Shown: positions 36,230 through 45,838 of the stretch, piece after piece
How the letters are laid out: the number at the start of each line of letters is the position of its first letter
Position numbering within the stretch: position 1 is the stretch's first letter
From: Candidatus Kaiserbacteria bacterium
GTDB lineage: Bacteria; Patescibacteriota; Minisyncoccia; Phycocordibacterales; Phycocordibacteraceae
Direction of reading: 5' to 3'
Length of the DNA stretch: 64,000 nt
NCBI GenBank assembly: GCA_023264445.1
Contig: JAHFMN010000001.1
Coordinates: forward strand, 177,878 to 241,877
Made by a program: the position numbers and the translations under genes
The notes under the pieces: generated by a model
Told to the model about the DNA's origin: nothing
Seen by the model: only the letters and a program-made list of their open reading frames with translations
Database searches by the model: none

Positions 36230-37371
36230 TGCGAGAAAGTATTCCGGCTGAGGAACTTTTCAATAAAGCTCATGCCGTCGGCCAATACTATGGCTTTACA
36301 CCGCTCTCGATGCTCACGGTAAAGAAGCGCGGGAAGCAGCGCGCGAAGCCCGGAATGCCGGAAGCCCTTTCTTCTCTCTCGCTTGATTCGACTGGGGAGA
36401 CAATCGCAAGCTTCCTGAAGCAGTGCCAGAACATCGAGTTCGCACCGAACCCGCGCCAGCCGCTCTTCATCTGGCATACGAACATCGCCCCCGGACGCGC
36501 CGCGCAGAAAAAAGCGACCATACAGTTCCACGCGCTCGGGACCGATCGCGCGCTCGCAGACGCCGTCATCATCCGCGCACTCATCGCGCTTACGCGCGAC
36601 CTCTTCCACGAGGAGCCGGTGGTCCGCATCAATTCCATGGGCGACAAGGAGACGCGAGCGCGCTATGCGCGCGAGCTTGGGAACTTTTTTAAGAAACGCG
36701 CGCACACGCTTCCGGAAGAATGCGTCGCCTGTGCTAAGCACGATTCATTTGCGGCAGCCGAGCTCGCCATCGCGCGGGAATGTGCCGATGATTTGCCGGC
36801 ACCGACCGAACATCTCTCGGATGCGAGCCGCAAACGCTTTGAAGACTTGCTCGAATATCTGGAGATGACCGAGACGCCATACGAGCTTGCGCGCAGCCTT
36901 ATCAGTCGTGGCGGCATCTGGAACGATACCTGCTTCGAAATCCTCGCAGGTGGGCGACGCGTCGCCTGGGGCTCCCGCTATAACGATCTTGCGCGCCACT
37001 TCTTCCCTTCTGCGCCGGTGAGCGCGACCGGCGCCGTCTTCTCAATAGCGAGCGAGGGTATGGCACTGGCGAAAACCAAGCATCCCCGACTACGTTTTTC
37101 CTTCGTACATATCGGCGATGAAGCAAAGCGACTTTCTATCCGCCTCGCAGAAGATTTCAGGCGCGTACGACTCTCGCTCACGCAGGACATCGGCATAGAA
37201 TCGCTCACAGAGCAGCTCCACAAGGTTGAGCGTCGCGATAGCCCGTACCTCCTCATCATGGGACGCAAGGAAGCACTTGAAGGCTCCGCCATCCTCCGCA
37301 ATCGCAAGACACAAGAAGAGACCACTCTTCCACTTGCCGGCCTCGCCGAACGCCTAAAGTCGTTTGCCTGA
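36226..37371 (+). CDS. Degenerate HisRS/HisZ-like protein with anticodon-binding domain
   Basis: YYGF, INSMGD, L.SRG and GSRYNDL segments; C-terminal LLIMGRKE...RN..TQEE. Confidence 0.65.
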   Translation: MMRESIPAEELFNKAHAVGQYYGFTPLSMLTVKKRGKQRAKPGMPEALSSLSLDSTGETIASFLKQCQNIEFAPNPRQPLFIWHTNIAPGRAAQKKATIQFHALGTDRALADAVIIRALIALTRDLFHEEPVVRINSMGDKETRARYARELGNFFKKRAHTLPEECVACAKHDSFAAAELAIARECADDLPAPTEHLSDASRKRFEDLLEYLEMTETPYELARSLISRGGIWNDTCFEILAGGRRVAWGSRYNDLARHFFPSAPVSATGAVFSIASEGMALAKTKHPRLRFSFVHIGDEAKRLSIRLAEDFRRVRLSLTQDIGIESLTEQLHKVERRDSPYLLIMGRKEALEGSAILRNRKTQEETTLPLAGLAERLKSFA

Positions 37372-37427
37372 GAATGCATCGCTCGAATGGACAATGTCCA
37401 CTTCGCTGTGCTAGAATCTTTTTCATC

Positions 37428-37694
37428 ATGACCGCAGGCACACGAGTCGAGGTACGGCGCGGAAAGAACGAGAGTTCTACCGCGCTTATCCGCCGCTTTA
37501 CCCGCAGAGCGCAGGGGCTTGGTCTCGTGCGCGAAATGCGCGACCGCCGCTACTTCGAGCGCTCCAAGTCGAAGAACGTGGGCCACAAGCGCGCCCTCAT
37601 TTCAAAAGTCCGCCGCGAGAAGTACAACGAGCTCGTGAAGCTCGGCAAGATAGATCCGGCAGCCAAGAAGACGCGCAAGGGCGGAAAGCGCTAA
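37428..37694 (+). CDS. rpsU: 30S ribosomal protein S21
   Basis: VEVRRGKNES..LIRRFTR..GLVREMRDRRYFER. Confidence 0.8.
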   Translation: MTAGTRVEVRRGKNESSTALIRRFTRRAQGLGLVREMRDRRYFERSKSKNVGHKRALISKVRREKYNELVKLGKIDPAAKKTRKGGKR

Positions 37695-37698
37695 ACGG

Positions 37699-38181
37699 AT
37701 GGCAGGAGTTTCCATACAGAACACGACGCGGCGCCTGCGGGCGCCGCGTACTGCGTTTACGGCTATTGCCAAGCAGCTGCTCCCCGGCTGGGACATCTCG
37801 CTTGCCTTCGTCGGCCCGACACAGGCACGCGCACTAAATAAAAAGCTTCGCAATAAAACATACATTCCGAACGTGCTTTCCTATGTAGTTGGAAAGAAGA
37901 GCGGGGAAATCATCATCTGTCCGAGCGAAGCGGCGAAGCAGGCTCCTGATTTTCAACTCTCCTCCTCTGACTTCCTGCTCCTTTTGTTTATCCACGGTGT
38001 ACTGCATATAAAAGGAAGGGTGCATAGTGGTACGATGGAACGATGGGAACGAAAAGTCTTGGCACAATTCGCCAAGGGTAGCGAGCGCGTATATCCGCTT
38101 CATGGCACGACGCATCGCAACCGGCATCGACATCGGGACGTACCAAGTAAAAGTGGTCGTCGTCGAGGAACTCTCCGATAA
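37699..38181 (+). CDS. ybeY: Endoribonuclease YbeY
   Basis: LN..LR.K...NVLSY, GEIIICP and HGVLHIKGRVH motifs. Confidence 0.85.
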   Translation: MAGVSIQNTTRRLRAPRTAFTAIAKQLLPGWDISLAFVGPTQARALNKKLRNKTYIPNVLSYVVGKKSGEIIICPSEAAKQAPDFQLSSSDFLLLLFIHGVLHIKGRVHSGTMERWERKVLAQFAKGSERVYPLHGTTHRNRHRHRDVPSKSGRRRGTLR

Positions 38182-39259
38182 ACGCGGCGGGCGGCAGCTC
38201 CGCATCCTCGGCACCGGCCTCGCCGAGTCAAAGGGCCTACGGCATGGCTACATCGTCAATAAGGAAGAAGTGTCCGCGAGCATCCTTAAAGCAAAGAAGG
38301 AGGCGGAGTATGCTGCCCGCGTCCCGATACACTCCGCCTTCCTCGCCGTCGGCGGCATCTCACTAGATGAGGCGCGCGCGACCGGCAGCACCATCATCTC
38401 CCGCGCAGACCAAGAAATTACGGCGCTTGATATCGAGAAGGCAGGGCAAGCGGCCCGGGAGGCGGCAGCGCCCGGTTTCCTCAATCGTCATGTCCTCCAC
38501 AGCATTCCGCTTGAATACCGAATTGATAATGGCAAAGTGCTCGGCGACCCGCTCGGCATGAAAGGCGTCCGACTTGAAGTGGACTACTTATTCATCACTT
38601 GCCTCGCCCAGCATGAAGATGTGCTTGCCAAGGCGATTGAAGATGCCGATATCGAGGTCATCGATCAGATGGCGTCTCCCCTTGCGGGCTCCTACGTCCT
38701 CCTTGAAGGCGATCAGAAGATGAAAGGATGCGTGCTCGCGAACATCGGCTCGGAGACAGTCTCCATCGTCGTCTACGACGAGGGTATTCCGGTGTCGGTC
38801 AAGGTATTTCCGATGGGCTCGAGCCACATCACCGACGACATCGCACTTGGATTTCGCATCTCACTTGAGGAAGCAGAGCGCGTGAAGCTTGGACGTCTTT
38901 CCGGGCAAATGTATCCGCGCAAAAAAGTGGACGATCTTATCGTGAGCCGTCTGAATACGATGTTCGCACTCATCGACAAACATTTGAAATCGCTGAACCG
39001 CCGGGGTCCTCTGCCCGCCGGCATCATCATCTCCGGTGGCGGCGCCGGCGTAGGTTCCATCAGTGACATTGCGCGCGGTTCACTCAAGCTTCCATCACGC
39101 CTCGCAGAGTTCCGCATCACCACCGATACGAAGATTCGTGACGCGACATGGGCGGTCGCATACGGTCTTGCACTCTGGGGGCTCACCGGTGATACGAACG
39201 CACCGAAACGAAGCATCGGGGCTTCATTCGGGAAGTTTTTTCAACAATTCCTGCCTTAA
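38102..39259 (+). CDS. ftsA: Cell division protein FtsA
   Basis: GIDIGT, GLRHG and ITDDIA...AERVK motifs; directly upstream of ftsZ. Confidence 0.92.
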   Translation: MARRIATGIDIGTYQVKVVVVEELSDKRGGRQLRILGTGLAESKGLRHGYIVNKEEVSASILKAKKEAEYAARVPIHSAFLAVGGISLDEARATGSTIISRADQEITALDIEKAGQAAREAAAPGFLNRHVLHSIPLEYRIDNGKVLGDPLGMKGVRLEVDYLFITCLAQHEDVLAKAIEDADIEVIDQMASPLAGSYVLLEGDQKMKGCVLANIGSETVSIVVYDEGIPVSVKVFPMGSSHITDDIALGFRISLEEAERVKLGRLSGQMYPRKKVDDLIVSRLNTMFALIDKHLKSLNRRGPLPAGIIISGGGAGVGSISDIARGSLKLPSRLAEFRITTDTKIRDATWAVAYGLALWGLTGDTNAPKRSIGASFGKFFQQFLP

Positions 39260-39329
39260 ACGAGGATTTGCTTCCTCGGATTGTCAATATTTGCATATAG
39301 CGCAAGTCTGATACTATTGCCTGCACAGT

Positions 39330-40580
39330 ATGTCCAAACGCGTTGAACCGGAGATTGAGACATTCGCACGGATTCGCGTCGTTGGTGTTGGCGGTTCCGG
39401 CAAGAACGCCATCAACCACATGATCAATTCAAAGGTGCGCGGCGTTGAATTCATCGCCGTCAACTCCGACGCACAGGACCTCCACCGCTCGCTTGCAAAG
39501 CGAAAGATCCACATCGGCAAGAATCTCACACGTGGGCTCGGCACCGGTATGAATCCCGAGCTCGGCAAGCGTGCTGCAGAAGAGACACGGCAAGAAATCC
39601 AGGAAGCGCTTTCCGGAAGCGATATGGTGTTCATCACGTGCGGCATGGGCGGCGGCACCGGCACCGGCGCATCCGCCATCGTCGCAAAAATTGCGAAAGA
39701 AATCGGCGCGCTCGTCATCGCAGTCGTCACGAAGCCATTCTCCTTTGAGGGCGCACAGCGCAAAGAGATTGCCGAGCGCGGTCTTGCCGAACTGAAGAAA
39801 GAAGTGGATGCGTTCATCGTTATTCCAAACGATAAACTGCTCTCCATCGTTGATACGGAGACCTCCGCAAAGCATGCCTTCGCGATGTGCGACGAGATTC
39901 TGCGTCAGGCGGTGGAAGGTGTCTCCGATATCATCACGACGCCGGGCGAGATTAATACCGACTTCAACGACATCAAGGCCATCATGGAGGGTGCCGGCCC
40001 GGCACTCATGGGCATCGGTATCGCCGAGGGCGACGGGCGCGCCACGGCAGCCGCCCAGATGGCCGTCAATTCCCCGCTCTTGGATGTCTCTATTTCCGGT
40101 GCAAAAGGCATCCTCTTCGTCGTCGCCGGCTCCGACGACCTCGGCATCATGGAGGTGCAAGAGGCTGCAAAGGTCGTGAACGAATCAGTGGACAAGAATG
40201 CGAAGGTCATCTTCGGCATCATGCGCGACGAGAAGCTCAAGAAAGGACAATTGCGCATCATTGTCATCGCGACCGGTTTCCCGGAGAGTCCTTCTCACTC
40301 TGCGCATGCTGGCCCAGAGCGCTCCCTCTTCTCCATGCCAGTGGAAAAGCGTGAGGAAGAGCGCGGTCGTATTTACCATGAGATTCTCTCCGTCAAAGGC
40401 AGTCCTGCTGGTAGCAAGCACGAGGAGAAAGAAGATGAGCCGAAAAGCTCCAAAAAGCAGGAGAAAGAAGACCCTATCGTCACCGCAACGCCCCAGAAGC
40501 GAGAAGAGATTCCTCCTGCTCCAGAAGATGACGAGACCTGGGGAGCGATTCCTGCATTCCTACGCAGACACAAGAAATAA
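39330..40580 (+). CDS. ftsZ: Cell division protein FtsZ
   Basis: GGGTGTG tubulin signature; C-terminal IPAFLR. Confidence 0.98.
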   Translation: MSKRVEPEIETFARIRVVGVGGSGKNAINHMINSKVRGVEFIAVNSDAQDLHRSLAKRKIHIGKNLTRGLGTGMNPELGKRAAEETRQEIQEALSGSDMVFITCGMGGGTGTGASAIVAKIAKEIGALVIAVVTKPFSFEGAQRKEIAERGLAELKKEVDAFIVIPNDKLLSIVDTETSAKHAFAMCDEILRQAVEGVSDIITTPGEINTDFNDIKAIMEGAGPALMGIGIAEGDGRATAAAQMAVNSPLLDVSISGAKGILFVVAGSDDLGIMEVQEAAKVVNESVDKNAKVIFGIMRDEKLKKGQLRIIVIATGFPESPSHSAHAGPERSLFSMPVEKREEERGRIYHEILSVKGSPAGSKHEEKEDEPKSSKKQEKEDPIVTATPQKREEIPPAPEDDETWGAIPAFLRRHKK

Positions 40581-40611
40581 GGGCCGCTCGCAATCAATCA
40601 TTTCGAACAGC

Positions 40612-40640
40612 AGAAAACCGCCCCTGCCGGCGGTTTTCTG
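40612..40640 (+). terminator. Terminator after ftsZ
   Basis: AGAAAACCGCC-CCTGCC-GGCGGTTTTCT. Confidence 0.7.
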
Positions 40641-40655
40641 ATATAATCTTCTATA

Positions 40656-41579
40656 ATGTACGACCTCATCATCATCGGCGGCGGGCCCGCCGGCGTCGCG
40701 GCAGGAGTGTATGCGGCCCGTAAGCACCTGAAGACTGTCCTCATCGCGGAAGAAATCGGTGGGCAATCGGTCGTATCGGAAGGCATTGAGAACTGGATAG
40801 GGTCGCCGAGAGTCCATGGGGGTGAACTCGCGAAGCTCTTCCGAGCGCATCTGGATGCGGTAAAGGGCGATATCGTCACGCTCGCCCTTGGCGAGCGTGT
40901 CTCCTCGCTTGCAAAGATTGAAGGCGCTTTTAAAGCAACGGTGAAAAATGGCGACGGGTACCGCGCAAAAGCGGTGTTAGTCGCCACAGGTGCTGGGCGC
41001 CGCAAGCTTGATGTACCGGGCGCGGAGAAATTCGAGAATAAGGGCGTCACCTATTGCGCATCCTGTGATGGACCGCTCTTTTCTGGAATGGACGTCGCGG
41101 TGGTCGGCGGAGGCAATGCCGGCTTTGAAACAGCGCTTCAGCTTCTTGCCTATGCAAAATCGGTCACGCTCATCCATCGGCATGAGGAATTCAAAGCTGA
41201 TGCCGTCACTGTTAAAAAGGCATCTGCACATCCAAACATGCACCTCATCAGGAACGCCGAACCGACCGAGGTCATGGGCGAACAATTCGTGACTGGCATG
41301 AAATACCGCGATAAGGATTCGGGCGAGGTAAAAGAACTTCCTGTTACCGGTATTTTTGTAGAAGCAGGGGTCATCCCGAATACCGATTTCGCCGAAGGAC
41401 TTGTGGAGCTTGATTCGATAAAGCGCATCAAGGTCGACCCGCATAATCAGCGTACGAGTGTTGAAGGCGTGTGGGCTGCGGGCGATTGCACGGACGAGCT
41501 CTACCACCAAAACAACATCGCCGCCGGAGACGGCGTCAAAGCGCTTGAAGATATCTATCTCTGGATCAAGGTGCAGTAA
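40656..41579 (+). CDS. trxB: Thioredoxin reductase
   Basis: GGGPAG, CASCDG, GGGNAG and AAGD motifs. Confidence 0.9.
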   Translation: MYDLIIIGGGPAGVAAGVYAARKHLKTVLIAEEIGGQSVVSEGIENWIGSPRVHGGELAKLFRAHLDAVKGDIVTLALGERVSSLAKIEGAFKATVKNGDGYRAKAVLVATGAGRRKLDVPGAEKFENKGVTYCASCDGPLFSGMDVAVVGGGNAGFETALQLLAYAKSVTLIHRHEEFKADAVTVKKASAHPNMHLIRNAEPTEVMGEQFVTGMKYRDKDSGEVKELPVTGIFVEAGVIPNTDFAEGLVELDSIKRIKVDPHNQRTSVEGVWAAGDCTDELYHQNNIAAGDGVKALEDIYLWIKVQ

Positions 41580-41584
41580 TCATC

Positions 41585-42310
41585 ATGCCCGTCATTTCAA
41601 TCATCATCCCGACACTAAAAGAAGAACAATTCCTCGAGCGTACGCTCGAAAATCTAAAGACGCTCCAGGTGCCGCACGAAATCATCATCACCGATGGCGG
41701 CAGTACCGATAGGACACTGGACATCGCGCGCGCCCACGGCGCGAAGACAACTGTGTGGAGTGAATCGCGCCGCCAGACCTTCGGCGAAGCAAAGAATGCC
41801 GGCGCCGCGCGCGCCACGGGAACGTATCTGATCTTCATTGACGCCGATGTACTTATTCCCGAACCAGAGGCATTCTTTACCGAGATGGTAGCGGCGTTTG
41901 AGAAAAATAAGAAACTGGTCGGGATGACTGTCCCGCTCAAGCCATGGCCCGAGAACCATTCCTTTGTAGATGCGTTCTTCAGCGCGCCGCTCAACTGGTT
42001 CTATATCATTTCAAATAATGTCTTTCGCTCGGGAAACTCCTCCGGCGAGTTCCAGATGATGCGCGCGGATGTCTTTAGAAAGGCCGGCGGATTTGGCGAG
42101 CAGCTCGCCGCCGGAGAAGACAATGAGATGTTCCGGCGGCTTGCGTCCTTCGGCCGTACATTCTCCTACTACAAGCTCTGCGTGCGGCACTCCCTCCGGC
42201 GCCCGCACAAAATCGGCTGGCTCCGCACGTATGGCATCTGGATGAAGAATGGGCTTTCGGTCGCACTCCGCGGTAAGGCCGCATACAAGGAGTGGTCCGT
42301 CGTGCGATAA
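41585..42310 (+). CDS. Family 2 glycosyltransferase
   Basis: ISIIIPT, DGGSTD, FIDAD and GED motifs. Confidence 0.9.
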   Translation: MPVISIIIPTLKEEQFLERTLENLKTLQVPHEIIITDGGSTDRTLDIARAHGAKTTVWSESRRQTFGEAKNAGAARATGTYLIFIDADVLIPEPEAFFTEMVAAFEKNKKLVGMTVPLKPWPENHSFVDAFFSAPLNWFYIISNNVFRSGNSSGEFQMMRADVFRKAGGFGEQLAAGEDNEMFRRLASFGRTFSYYKLCVRHSLRRPHKIGWLRTYGIWMKNGLSVALRGKAAYKEWSVVR

Positions 42311-42321
42311 AAAAGAGAGAA

Positions 42322-42355
42322 CCGCCGAGAGAAGCGAGGCGCTTCTCTCGGCGGT
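42322..42355. terminator. Hairpin between convergent genes
   Basis: CCGCCGAGAGAAGCG-AGG-CGCTTCTCTCGGCGG. Confidence 0.6.
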
Positions 42356-42723
42356 CAGTCCTTGTTCGGTAAGAGGACAATAGATACCATGACGATCCAT
42401 CCGACGAACCATCGACCAGTCACATATAGAAGGCCGAATAGGTTCCCGTAGAGCGCGAGCGACTTCCCCACCTTGATGAGCTCGCCCAGACTCCACTCAC
42501 TGTACCTCTCCGAGCCGGCGACAATCAAAAGCCAGATCCATACCAAGAGGGGCACACCGAAGACGTTGAAATACAGCACTCCGACCGTCGTCAGCCAGAC
42601 GTCGAAACCCGGCAAAAGATACACGAGCGGCAACACGGTGAGGTTGAAAAACGGCACCACACCACCGACCAGACTCCAGAACGCCTCCCAATACAGTGCA
42701 TTACGTTTCACCCGGTCCCCCAA
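42355..42723 (-). CDS. Hypothetical membrane protein
   Basis: Hydrophobic 122-aa ORF; TTGACA-N17-TATAAA upstream on the minus strand. Confidence 0.5.
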   Translation of the reverse strand: MGDRVKRNALYWEAFWSLVGGVVPFFNLTVLPLVYLLPGFDVWLTTVGVLYFNVFGVPLLVWIWLLIVAGSERYSEWSLGELIKVGKSLALYGNLFGLLYVTGRWFVGWIVMVSIVLLPNKD

Positions 42724-42792
42724 AATAGAAAGGTCTCTTTGGAATCAAAGAGCAGCCGAGTTTTTTATACCTTAGAGGTATACAACTGTCAA

Positions 42793-43797
42793 TCAGCGCA
42801 CGGCGAGGTTGTGTATAAACATATCGGTCGCATGTTCCCAAGAGTATTGTTCTGCTTTTGCGCGACAATTGTCACGCGAAAGCGAGAGACATTTGAGCGC
42901 GGCTTCCTGAAGATTATCGCTTAAGTAGCCGTCCTTCCCTTCTGTAATGATGTCGCGCGGGCCCATGACATTGTGCGCCGCTACCGGGATGCCGCAGGCA
43001 AGCGCTTCGAGAGACACGAGGCCGAAGGTCTCGGTTCTTGAAGGAAAGACAAACACATCGGCAAGCGAGATCCAGTCCACAAGCTCCTGGCCATGCTTGT
43101 AGCCGACAAACATATTTTTCTTTCCGTAGCGTGCTTCAAGCTTCGCTCGGCTGGGGCCATCTCCGATGACCAGTTTCGTTCCGGGCAAATCAAGCGTGAG
43201 GAATTCCTCCGGATTTTTCTCCGGCGCAAGGCGACTAAAGAAGAGGAAGACCGGCGCAGGCAGTGGAGGCAAAGGAGGATTCGGATTGCGAGTGAAGAGG
43301 TCCACATCGACACCAAGCGGTACGACCACGACATTTGTGTAGCCAACCGATTCCAATTCCCTCTTCAGACTTTCGGTTGAGACCATCGTGCGAACAGCGG
43401 CAAAATGGAACCGCCGCAGAGCGGCAAGGACGGGCCACAAGAGCCCGCGCAATCGTAAGTCTATATAGAGCTGGAAATGGCTGTGGTACCAGGTCGTAAA
43501 GGGTATGCCCCGCGCACGGCATACCGAGCGCGCCGCCCACCCGAGCGGGCCTTCGGTCGTGATGTGAATCGCATCCGGCTGGAGCTCCTCGATCATTCGC
43601 GCAACATGGCGGCGAGGAAGAAGTGCCAGGCGGATTTCCGGATAGAACGGCAACGGCAGCGTCATAAATTGCCCCGGCTCGATGAGCATGACGTCATACC
43701 CGCCTGCCTTGAGGAAGCGCACATGCGCATCAAGCACGCGCACCACGCCGTTGACTTGCGGCTTCCACGCATCCGTCACGAACAAGATGCGCTTCAT
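42793..43797 (-). CDS. Family 4 glycosyltransferase
   Basis: TDAWKPQVNGV, EGPLG and PSRTETFGLVSLEALACG motifs. Confidence 0.92.
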   Translation of the reverse strand: MKRILFVTDAWKPQVNGVVRVLDAHVRFLKAGGYDVMLIEPGQFMTLPLPFYPEIRLALLPRRHVARMIEELQPDAIHITTEGPLGWAARSVCRARGIPFTTWYHSHFQLYIDLRLRGLLWPVLAALRRFHFAAVRTMVSTESLKRELESVGYTNVVVVPLGVDVDLFTRNPNPPLPPLPAPVFLFFSRLAPEKNPEEFLTLDLPGTKLVIGDGPSRAKLEARYGKKNMFVGYKHGQELVDWISLADVFVFPSRTETFGLVSLEALACGIPVAAHNVMGPRDIITEGKDGYLSDNLQEAALKCLSLSRDNCRAKAEQYSWEHATDMFIHNLAVR

Positions 43798-44408
43798 GAT
43801 TCCGTCTTCTCTACTTCCTTACTCTTCAGAAGGTTTCTGCGCATGCGCCAACTGATGAGATAGTAGCCGGAGATGACGAGAGCGGCGAAAGCGATGACAT
43901 ACTGCACATTGCTGATCATATGCGCGATGCTTCCTCCGAAGCTTTCACCCAGATAATATCCGAGGAACAGGAGCGTGCCGTACTGGAGCACGGCGACGAT
44001 GCTCGCGTATTTGAAAAAGGTACGGAGCGGCATGCTGACCGTTCCAGCGACCACGATAAACGCTGACGCGATGCCATAGGAGAGCTTGCCGATAAACATG
44101 GTCCAGCCGGGGCGCTTCTCCCACAAGATTCGCACCCGCTCTAGATCATCCGGCGTGATGCCAAGCTTCTTAAGCATGCGCTGGACGAAAGCGGTGCGGG
44201 AGCCGAAATGACCGATTGCGTAGTACACGCCGTCCAGACCGACATCGCGGACGAAAAATAATGCCGCAAGGAAATACAGATTGAAATAGTGGAGCGAGGC
44301 GAGCATGCCGGCGACAAATGCGACCACAGGCCCTTCTATGAGAGAAAGCGGGATCAGTATCCAATAGCGATACTGCAGAATAAGCTCCGTAAGGAAGTCA
44401 ATCGACAT
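43794..44408 (-). CDS. DedA/VTT family membrane protein
   Basis: IEGP...AG, D..YYAIG and AG...MP..F motifs. Confidence 0.8.
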   Translation of the reverse strand: MSIDFLTELILQYRYWILIPLSLIEGPVVAFVAGMLASLHYFNLYFLAALFFVRDVGLDGVYYAIGHFGSRTAFVQRMLKKLGITPDDLERVRILWEKRPGWTMFIGKLSYGIASAFIVVAGTVSMPLRTFFKYASIVAVLQYGTLLFLGYYLGESFGGSIAHMISNVQYVIAFAALVISGYYLISWRMRRNLLKSKEVEKTES

Positions 44409-44433
44409 TGTTTCCGGTCAGTATACAACGATG

Positions 44434-44520
44434 CGGAGAGGGTGGGATTTGAACCCACGAGGAGCTTTCGCCCCTGCTGGTTTTCGAAACCAGTGCATTC
44501 GACCACTCTGCCACCTCTCC
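44434..44520 (-). tRNA. tRNA-Ser(CGA)
   Basis: CTGGT-TT-CGA-AA-ACCAG anticodon arm with a long variable arm. Confidence 0.95.
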
Positions 44521-44570
44521 GTGTGCCGCGATTCTAGCATTTCAGCCCGAAAATGATAAGGTTTCATTGA

Positions 44571-44660
44571 GGCCCTACAATCAAGCCGAACGAGAGAACA
44601 AGCGAGATTTTTGCTTGTTCCGAGAGAGGCGAAGAGTGTATGGCCGTGTGCAAGCAACAC
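44571..44660 (+). repeat. 90-nt tRNA-leader module C (before tRNA-Glu)
   Basis: GGCCCTA copy, GCCGAACG-[hairpin]-GAGAGGC, inverted copy TATGGCC, GTGT-GCAAGCA-ACAC, then a tRNA starting GGCCCTA. Confidence 0.6.
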
Positions 44661-44732
44661 GGCCCTATCGTCTAACGGTTAGGACGAGAGCTTTTCAAGC
44701 TCTAAACCCGGGTTCGACTCCCGGTAGGGTCA
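44661..44732 (+). tRNA. tRNA-Glu(TTC)
   Basis: AGAGC-TT-TTC-AA-GCTCT anticodon arm and T-arm. Confidence 0.95.
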
Positions 44733-44791
44733 CAAATCAAAACTTTATCCAGAGTGAGGACGAATGAGAATCAACTGATATACTTAGATGT

Positions 44792-45364
44792 ATGAATAGG
44801 ACGCTTCTCGTTATTGGAGCCGTTGCCCTCATCGGAGGATTGTTTTTTCTCAATGTACGCTCCCATAGCGAGAAACGGCTTGCTGTGGAGGCCGACTATA
44901 GAGACGCTGTGTATACCATCGAAGGCCAGCAGGTGAGGCTTGAAGACGGTGTCGCTGAAACGGAAGCTGCACCCGGCTCGGCTTCCAAGGTTGTCACGAG
45001 ATATTTCGGTAATGAACTCAAGACCGATCTCGACGGTGACGGCCGCGAAGACATTGCATTTATTCTGACCCAAGAGAGGGGTGGTTCGGGAACATTCTTT
45101 TATGCAGTTGCCGCACTCAACACCAATCAAGGATACGTGGGCTCGGATTCGTATTTGCTGGGAGACCGGATAGCTCCCCAATCTACAAATGTAAGCCAAA
45201 ATCCAAAACACAAGTATGTAGTGGTCTTCAATTATGCCGATCGCGCTTCCGGCGAAGCGATGACGACACGGCCATCAATTGGTAAAAGTGTATACCTGAA
45301 GCTTAACCCTGTGAGCATGCAGTGGGGTATTGTGGAACCAGATTTTAGCGGCGAGTCCAGATAG
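44792..45364 (+). CDS. Exported hypothetical protein
   Basis: TM anchor; DLDGDGREDIA and GGSGTFFY...LGDRI motifs. Confidence 0.7.
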   Translation: MNRTLLVIGAVALIGGLFFLNVRSHSEKRLAVEADYRDAVYTIEGQQVRLEDGVAETEAAPGSASKVVTRYFGNELKTDLDGDGREDIAFILTQERGGSGTFFYAVAALNTNQGYVGSDSYLLGDRIAPQSTNVSQNPKHKYVVVFNYADRASGEAMTTRPSIGKSVYLKLNPVSMQWGIVEPDFSGESR

Positions 45365-45498
45365 ATCTTCTCGCTTTCAGAGCAGAGCGCGTATGTATGG
45401 CGGGTGACTTGTCTTTTCGCACATCATAGGTTATAGTGCAAGGACAAAAGGACCAGCGATGGCCTCTTTTGTTTTTTTAGCTCTTTCAAAGCGAGGGA

Positions 45499-45666
45499 AT
45501 GATGAATGAGGAGGTTGTCAGTAACTTCTTGGAGCCGCTTAGGCAGATAGTCAGGAAAGCGGCAACGCCCGATCAGCAAACGCCGGCGAATGATGGTCAG
45601 GACCGACACATCACATTCGACTGGGCGAGAATCATGGAAGAGGAGAAGGTTCCGGTCCGACCCTGA
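45499..45666 (+). CDS. 55-aa small protein
   Basis: MMNEEVVSNFLEPLRQIVRKAATP...HITFDWARIMEEEKVPVRP; TTGTCT-N17-TATAGT promoter, GAGGG SD, terminator at 45684-45716. Confidence 0.45.
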   Translation: MMNEEVVSNFLEPLRQIVRKAATPDQQTPANDGQDRHITFDWARIMEEEKVPVRP

Positions 45667-45762
45667 ATCTCGCGAGCAGTGCCACACGCATCCTTCGGGG
45701 TGCGTGTCCTTTTTTATCCTCGTGTTTCAAGAGAAGTTGTGTCGTGGTATAGTCCCGAGAAC

Positions 45763-45838
45763 GCGCGGTTAGCTCAGTTGGTAGAGCGCTACATTGACGT
45801 TGTAGATGTCGGGGGTTCGAATCCCTCACCGCGCACCA
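45763..45838 (+). tRNA. tRNA-Val(GAC)
   Basis: CTACA-TT-GAC-GT-TGTAG anticodon arm; ends ACCA. Confidence 0.95.

Noticed and set aside
38102-38181. 80-nt ybeY/ftsA overlap as a possible recoding signal
   Set aside because: The YbeY domain is complete before the overlap, the tail is just the alternate frame of ftsA, and no slippery site is evident.
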